Assembly (NCBI GenBank): GCA_977018835.1
Contig: OZ361256.1
Coordinates: 1,240,001 to 1,304,000 of the forward strand
DNA from: Minutocellus sp. GHC0000111
Lineage: Eukaryota
Direction of reading: 5' to 3'
Length of the DNA: 64,000 bases
In this document: positions 58,700-64,000 of the stretch, piece by piece
How the letters are laid out: every line of letters begins with the position of its first letter
How positions within the stretch are numbered: the first letter of the stretch is position 1
The notes under the pieces: model-generated
Databases searched by the model: none
The model's input: the letters and a program-made list of their open reading frames with translations, nothing else
Told to the model about the DNA's origin: nothing
Translations under genes and position numbers: made by a program

Positions 58700-59607
58700 A
58701 CAGTGGAATTTGAGTTTGTCTGTTCTGTTCTTCGACGCGTGAGTGAATTTGAGGTTGTACATGTCAGCGTCGTCGTCATCTTTGTTTGAATTTGCAGCCC
58801 CCACCCGACAACCGACAACCTCGCACCACGCTACTAGCTACGGACCGTAGTAAAAGATAACCCCCATGAACTCAAGGCGAGAGTACAGACGCCGGAGACA
58901 AAAGATTTCGCATGCTGAGAAAGATAAGCTCCGATTGATTGATTCGATCTTCAGGCATAAAAATAATTCTCACCCTGCCGCAGACATGGTCCGTATCATT
59001 GAGACTCAGGCGGAAGGACGAGCGAGGTGGTGAACGTCACAGCCACGTCAGGAAAATGGACTGCCGCGCCGCGCGCCGCGCCGTTCGGCAAGCCAACCCC
59101 GCCTTGCTGCACCATCATACCACCCAAGTGCGTCAGTGCGCCATGCTCTGCCTCCTCCCGATGCAGGTAGAATCAGTACTGCCTCCTACCTGCACCACCA
59201 ACGAACGAATGACGTATGCGTTGGTCTCCTCTGGACCGTCGGGCTGAAGCGGCTCGTTCGGGCCATGTTTTTTTCTAGTTTGCCATCCGCAAACTCGTCG
59301 GATTCCGTTGACCGTTACCAACAAGGTACGACAATCGGAACCGGCCTCGAGGGATGTCGGATGGCTTCTCTTTTTGTTCTCCCTCCCTGTTCTCGATCGG
59401 CTTCCACGCTATCACCGTCGGCAGATCTAAAATGGCAGAGTGAAAGGGATGCATTGGGGCAGGGGCAGACTGATCATGGCTCTAATTCGCCTAATCAGCC
59501 CATTCGTCCATATATCCATCTCTACTATGTATGTACATCTACATCTACATACACTCTAGCTCACTCATAGGTCCTCATAGGACGCTCCCGCCCCACTATA
59601 TACCAGG

Positions 59608-60219
59608 ATGCACATCGCACACCACCACGAGGGGGCTAAGACGGTCTAGGGGATTCGGCGTAGACGAATCAGCTCCGCCACAGCTTCCCTTGTCATCTTC
59701 GTCGTCCTCTCAATTTCGACGGAGGCTTTCTCGCCCTCAATTGCCAACAACGGTCGCGAAGCCAGCGCCAGCAGAAGCAGTTCCATCCTGGCTGTCGGAG
59801 TGTTTCCAGAGGATGATGATGTTGACGACTTTGATGCCCCTATCCTAGCAGATCCAGTCATGTCGGGCAAAGTGGGCGAGCTCGATCATGATCCGATCGT
59901 CGATGATGAGTGTTATTTGGGAAAAGATAATTCGTTTGACGATTGCGTTGATTTCGGTAAGACACACTCTACGTAGCTAGTAGACGGCACATTTGCACAT
60001 TTTTGTTGTGGACATTTTCTCATCCTCTCTAGCTAGAATCCAACTCATACATGCACTTATGCCCTATTTTCCCTCCATCTTTTGGTTACAGATCCTATTC
60101 ATTATACTACGGTCACCAAAGACAGCGACGTCGATTTCAAACTTCCCGACTTTAGCAAAATCGGTGAAGAGATCTCGTCCGCCCTCAAGGAATCCATCGG
60201 CAAGTTTATCAACAAATAA
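59608..60219 (+). pseudogene. Small plastid-targeted acidic protein; intron 59957-60091; in-frame TAG 59647-59649 before the signal peptide
   Basis: SLVIFVVLSISTEA-FSP targeting motif; DDECYLGKDNSFDDCVDF|DP after splicing; the nearest upstream in-frame ATG (59608) is followed by TAG. Confidence 0.55.
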
Positions 60220-60735
60220 ACAAGTACGAGATCGTTTGAAGCATGAGCACCGCCAAACCTTTTCGAGTCTCAGCCCCACCCATTGCACTATTGCGTGCCT
60301 CTCTTGAGCTTATTGGCTGTGCCATCATAGAAGAAATGTGCATTCTTTCATCCACAACAGCAGAAAAGGCGAAGACACAGGACAACCCCAAAAGCAAGTC
60401 ACTGCAAATGGCTAAGAAAGAAACATCGATCGACTCTTGATTGTTCGTGAATCGCCTAGTTAGAGCGCTAAGAAATGGTAGAAACATATCGAGGGCCACG
60501 TCGATGAATTCCCTCGCTTCGGTTATAAATTGAAAGACAAAAAAATCGACAAGCCCAAGCAAAAGGACATCTGATAACAAATACACATTGCAGTTGGATA
60601 TATTAATACTAGTACGAGGAGTCGCCCCAAATTAAATGAATTCAGAGGATCTCTAATAGTAAATCATGTAATAAATAGGCTTACGTATATCATGACTAAG
60701 TAATTTTAGCATGTATGCATTAGGCATGGCATGAT

Positions 60736-63700
60736 TTATCCTGCTTCGACATCCCGATTGTGCTCTCGTTGGTCATCGGAATATTTCCCCTGAATTGGCG
60801 CAGTTTTCCACTCGACCATGAGCTCAGTCTCCTCGTTGATTGACTCATAGTTTTGTTGTCGATCTAGTTGTTGTCGCCTCCAAAGTGTGCGTCTATAGTC
60901 ATGACTACCACTCTTGTTTGATGCCGGGGGTCTTTGGCCTGCTGCATCGCCATTGTTACTACTGGAAACGGACACATCTGACTGCTGCCTTCGATCTCGA
61001 TTGCGATGAAGAACAATCTCCACCTCCTTGAATGCCTCGCCGAGGAACATGAGACTCTGTTCCGCAGCGCGAGCATCAAAGTAGTGTGCTCGTTCCTCGA
61101 TACTCATCAGGCTGACGTCGCCGGCGATGGACCAGGAATCTTCGCTTGTTACACTAGGTGCGTCCTTCCCGCCAAGAACGGTTTCCGCATATCGTGCCAA
61201 CTCTGTCTCCATGGCATCTTGGTCATAAGGAAGAGTTTTGGCTAAGAAGCCCAACATTGCCGCTGATATCGTCCAGAATACAATTAGTGTCACATTGAAA
61301 CTGAATTGTCGACTTACTCCCCAGATCGCCCCCATTATCGTAATGCAACTGGGGCCCGCACCGCGAGCCAAATTGATGGCAATGTTCGAAGCATTGAGAG
61401 ATGCCCCTCTAACCTCTGGAGCATTGACGTTGATGATGCAGGGCCTCATATTGACGCTGGGAAGGTTGGCAACACAACCACCCAAGAGGGCGTAAAAGCA
61501 CGGAAGGATCCCCGCAGTGTGAAAGGGGCCATTGAGTAAGGCCAGAAATGGGAACATCCCAAGAAAGGTCGATGCTGCCATGAATAGGGGGAGATAACTA
61601 CGGTCCATGTTCATGGTCAGCTGTCCCAGATATCCACCGAGAATTCCGCCCAGTGCGCAGCCGATACCGAACCACAGAACCAGCATGGTCGCATCAGGCA
61701 CAGACATGGACTGCTCCTGGCTCAAGTAATCGTTCAGAAAGGTAAAGATGACCCCCCATGGTATACTGGTGAAGAAGCCAAACCAAATCAAAAGGGCATT
61801 CGACTGATTCCGAAGCATTGCGTGCATGAAATCCTCCAAGGTGAGCTTCTTTTCATATTTCGTTCCACTAGCCAGCATGTCCTGCAAAACCTTTTCTTTC
61901 CCTCCCCGAACGGGTTCTTTAACGAACCACAAAACGAGAAGGGAGCTGAGAATGGTCAGAGTACCACTGAGATAGAATGGACCTCTCCATCCATTCTGAC
62001 TCCCCACGCATCCCGCGTAAACCTGACCAAAGAGAATACCAGCGCCCATCATCGCCGTGAGACCGGCGCTTGCCGCATTTCTGTCCTTGGTATCAAACAA
62101 ATCGCCAAGCAAGGAGAAGGCAATGGGTACCGATCCTGACATACACCCCCCACAAACAAATCTGGCAAAGTAGAGCTGGGCATATGTTCGACTCAAGCCC
62201 GTGAGGATCGCAGAGACACCGCCTACCAGGCACGTCCAGGCATACAAGCGCTTGCGACTGGCAACCAGATCGGCCACAAAGCCAATGGCGGCACTGACGG
62301 GCAGACTGAGGACGCCTGTGGCAAATGCAACGTAAGCGCCGAGGTATAGATCGCGCTGCTCGGGAGTAAATCCGAAGAAGTCGGCCATCTGTGTGAGGTT
62401 GGGCGCCATCAGGTTTTGTGGACTCCAAACGAACAGGAATGCCACGGCAAGGAGAAGCGATTGCAGGTGCAGGGTTGGGTCGTCGGGCTGCACATGATGC
62501 TTGGTGGCATGCAGCGTCGGCTGCGGTGGCGGACCACCATCGCGATCGGCATCCAAAACGTCGTCCATGCTAAGCTTGCTAACGTTGTCGATCTGATGTG
62601 GGCTCAGCTTGGCCGTCCGATCCGTGTCCCAATCCTTACGTAGATTTTGCTGATGCTGTCGCTGTTGCGATGTTCCGTATCTTTTCCCCAAACTTCCATA
62701 TCGATCCCTATCGCCTGGAGTTACTGGACTTACGGGACTTATCCTACCGCTGAGATCAATCGATGCGTCGATGGGCATTGGTGTTGCCGGTTCGGTGACG
62801 TCCCCTCCGCCATCGCACTCCCCGCCGTCTTTGTCCGCGTCCTTGCCCCACGATGGCTTTGGACTTGCAAAGGGAACGTCCGTCGCAAGTAAATTCGAGG
62901 CCTTTGGAGTATCATCTTCAATGCCAATAGATGCACCGGGAGAACCAAACAGGCCGGGTAGCAATTCCACCTCTACCCGAGCATTATTACCAGTGCCTCC
63001 GTCTCCACAGTCTTCCTCTTCGGTGGCCGATTGGCTCAGTGCATTGAGGGAGGATGCGCTGTCCGTCTCGGCATCATCGTCGGCACCAGTAGCGCTCCCA
63101 CCGATGGCTCGATTCTTTCCGTTCGACATTGGCACGGTATCCCCACCCTCGGAGTCGGCTCGGGATCGGTATGATGAGTCTCGGCTACTTGCAATGGCTG
63201 TTCTTCCATAAGTGTTGCCGGTTGCCGCTGGTCGGGGCGGTAGCGCCCTTCCGCCGCTATTGGCTTGCGCTGCTACTAGTACATTTCCCTCTCCCACCAG
63301 CTGACCCTCCACCAGTTGTCCCAGATCGTCATCCGACGGTGCCAATTCCCGCGCATGGCGGAGGGCCCAGGCTCCCGGCGAATCACCGTCGGCATCATCG
63401 ACATTGCTCGTCGATCGAGGGTGCTGTCGGCCCGTCGTACTCGTGCCACCGTCAGCACTGCTACCGACATGTTTGGTGCTGGGCGACAATCGTTTGGACG
63501 TTCGCTGACCGACGTATCCTGGCTTTTCCGGTGGACTGGTATCGGAATCCACCCCGCCGTAAGTCTTGTTGGGTGTGGCCGTGGTTGTGCCTGTGGCTGT
63601 GGCCGACGAAGAGGAGGCATTGTTATTGTTATTGGTACCCTCGAGCCGTACCGCACGGACTCGTGCCGATCGGGTCAGATCCCTCGCACCATTACTCTGT

Positions 63701-63819
63701 GCCGTCTGAGAGCGCTCTTGCGGGGAGAATATCGACCGCCTGCTGTTGCTGCCAATAGGAGTGCCGACGCCAGATTCCGAGGCAGGTGTTGCTTGTTGTT
63801 GGTCTGGTGGTGTCGTCAT
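60736..63819 (-). CDS. MFS transporter (spinster-like) with long disordered N-terminus
   Basis: QNLMAPNL, IGFVADLVASRKRL, ARFVCG, SLLGDLF..DRNAA, GWRGPF, EPVRGG, NVNAPEVRG; about 12 TM segments. Confidence 0.88.
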   Translation of the reverse strand: MTTPPDQQQATPASESGVGTPIGSNSRRSIFSPQERSQTAQSNGARDLTRSARVRAVRLEGTNNNNNASSSSATATGTTTATPNKTYGGVDSDTSPPEKPGYVGQRTSKRLSPSTKHVGSSADGGTSTTGRQHPRSTSNVDDADGDSPGAWALRHARELAPSDDDLGQLVEGQLVGEGNVLVAAQANSGGRALPPRPAATGNTYGRTAIASSRDSSYRSRADSEGGDTVPMSNGKNRAIGGSATGADDDAETDSASSLNALSQSATEEEDCGDGGTGNNARVEVELLPGLFGSPGASIGIEDDTPKASNLLATDVPFASPKPSWGKDADKDGGECDGGGDVTEPATPMPIDASIDLSGRISPVSPVTPGDRDRYGSLGKRYGTSQQRQHQQNLRKDWDTDRTAKLSPHQIDNVSKLSMDDVLDADRDGGPPPQPTLHATKHHVQPDDPTLHLQSLLLAVAFLFVWSPQNLMAPNLTQMADFFGFTPEQRDLYLGAYVAFATGVLSLPVSAAIGFVADLVASRKRLYAWTCLVGGVSAILTGLSRTYAQLYFARFVCGGCMSGSVPIAFSLLGDLFDTKDRNAASAGLTAMMGAGILFGQVYAGCVGSQNGWRGPFYLSGTLTILSSLLVLWFVKEPVRGGKEKVLQDMLASGTKYEKKLTLEDFMHAMLRNQSNALLIWFGFFTSIPWGVIFTFLNDYLSQEQSMSVPDATMLVLWFGIGCALGGILGGYLGQLTMNMDRSYLPLFMAASTFLGMFPFLALLNGPFHTAGILPCFYALLGGCVANLPSVNMRPCIINVNAPEVRGASLNASNIAINLARGAGPSCITIMGAIWGVSRQFSFNVTLIVFWTISAAMLGFLAKTLPYDQDAMETELARYAETVLGGKDAPSVTSEDSWSIAGDVSLMSIEERAHYFDARAAEQSLMFLGEAFKEVEIVLHRNRDRRQQSDVSVSSSNNGDAAGQRPPASNKSGSHDYRRTLWRRQQLDRQQNYESINEETELMVEWKTAPIQGKYSDDQREHNRDVEAG

Positions 63820-64000
63820 TTTCTTATTGGCACGAGTGGGTCGAGTGGACGCGGACGCAAGGTGCAGCACAAATAAGTGCAAAAGCGACTCGGCTCTCTC
63901 AACTCAAGCGAGTGAGTCAGAACAAGCGATCAACAACGCAAGTCCTCTCTTGTTTGCATAACAACAACGCAGGAAAGAAGAATATTGTGCCGATACCATT

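Overview
Gene-dense eukaryotic nuclear DNA, most probably from a diatom (short GT-AG introns, bipartite signal+F plastid-targeting peptides, frustulin-type Cys-rich domains, fused TrpA-TrpB). About 28 genes, mostly in divergent pairs, include a partial PH-domain gene, dephospho-CoA kinase, MetAP2, neuroguidin/Lcp5, tryptophan synthase, HSP60, an S28 peptidase, a triplicated fucosyltransferase-like gene, plastid dihydrolipoamide dehydrogenase, a zf-PARP+HIRAN protein, an alpha-CA-like protein, a PTP-like phosphatase, a 7TM receptor, an A20 zinc finger, a PI-synthase-like gene and an MFS transporter. There is a ~6.5 kb degenerate Helitron (33.5-40 kb) and a TIR-transposon structure at 50.1-54.1 kb. 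The strongest finding is an arsenite methyltransferase (46275-45013, minus) whose catalytic Cys is an in-frame UGA. It has a SECIS-like hairpin in its 3' UTR and an N-terminal thioredoxin-like domain, so it is probably a Trx-fold/ArsM fusion selenoprotein that the ORF track truncates. Many genes from 17 to 60 kb carry frameshifts or nonsense codons, suggesting a decaying duplicate haplotype or assembly error. All calls come from motif recognition by eye; no searches were run.
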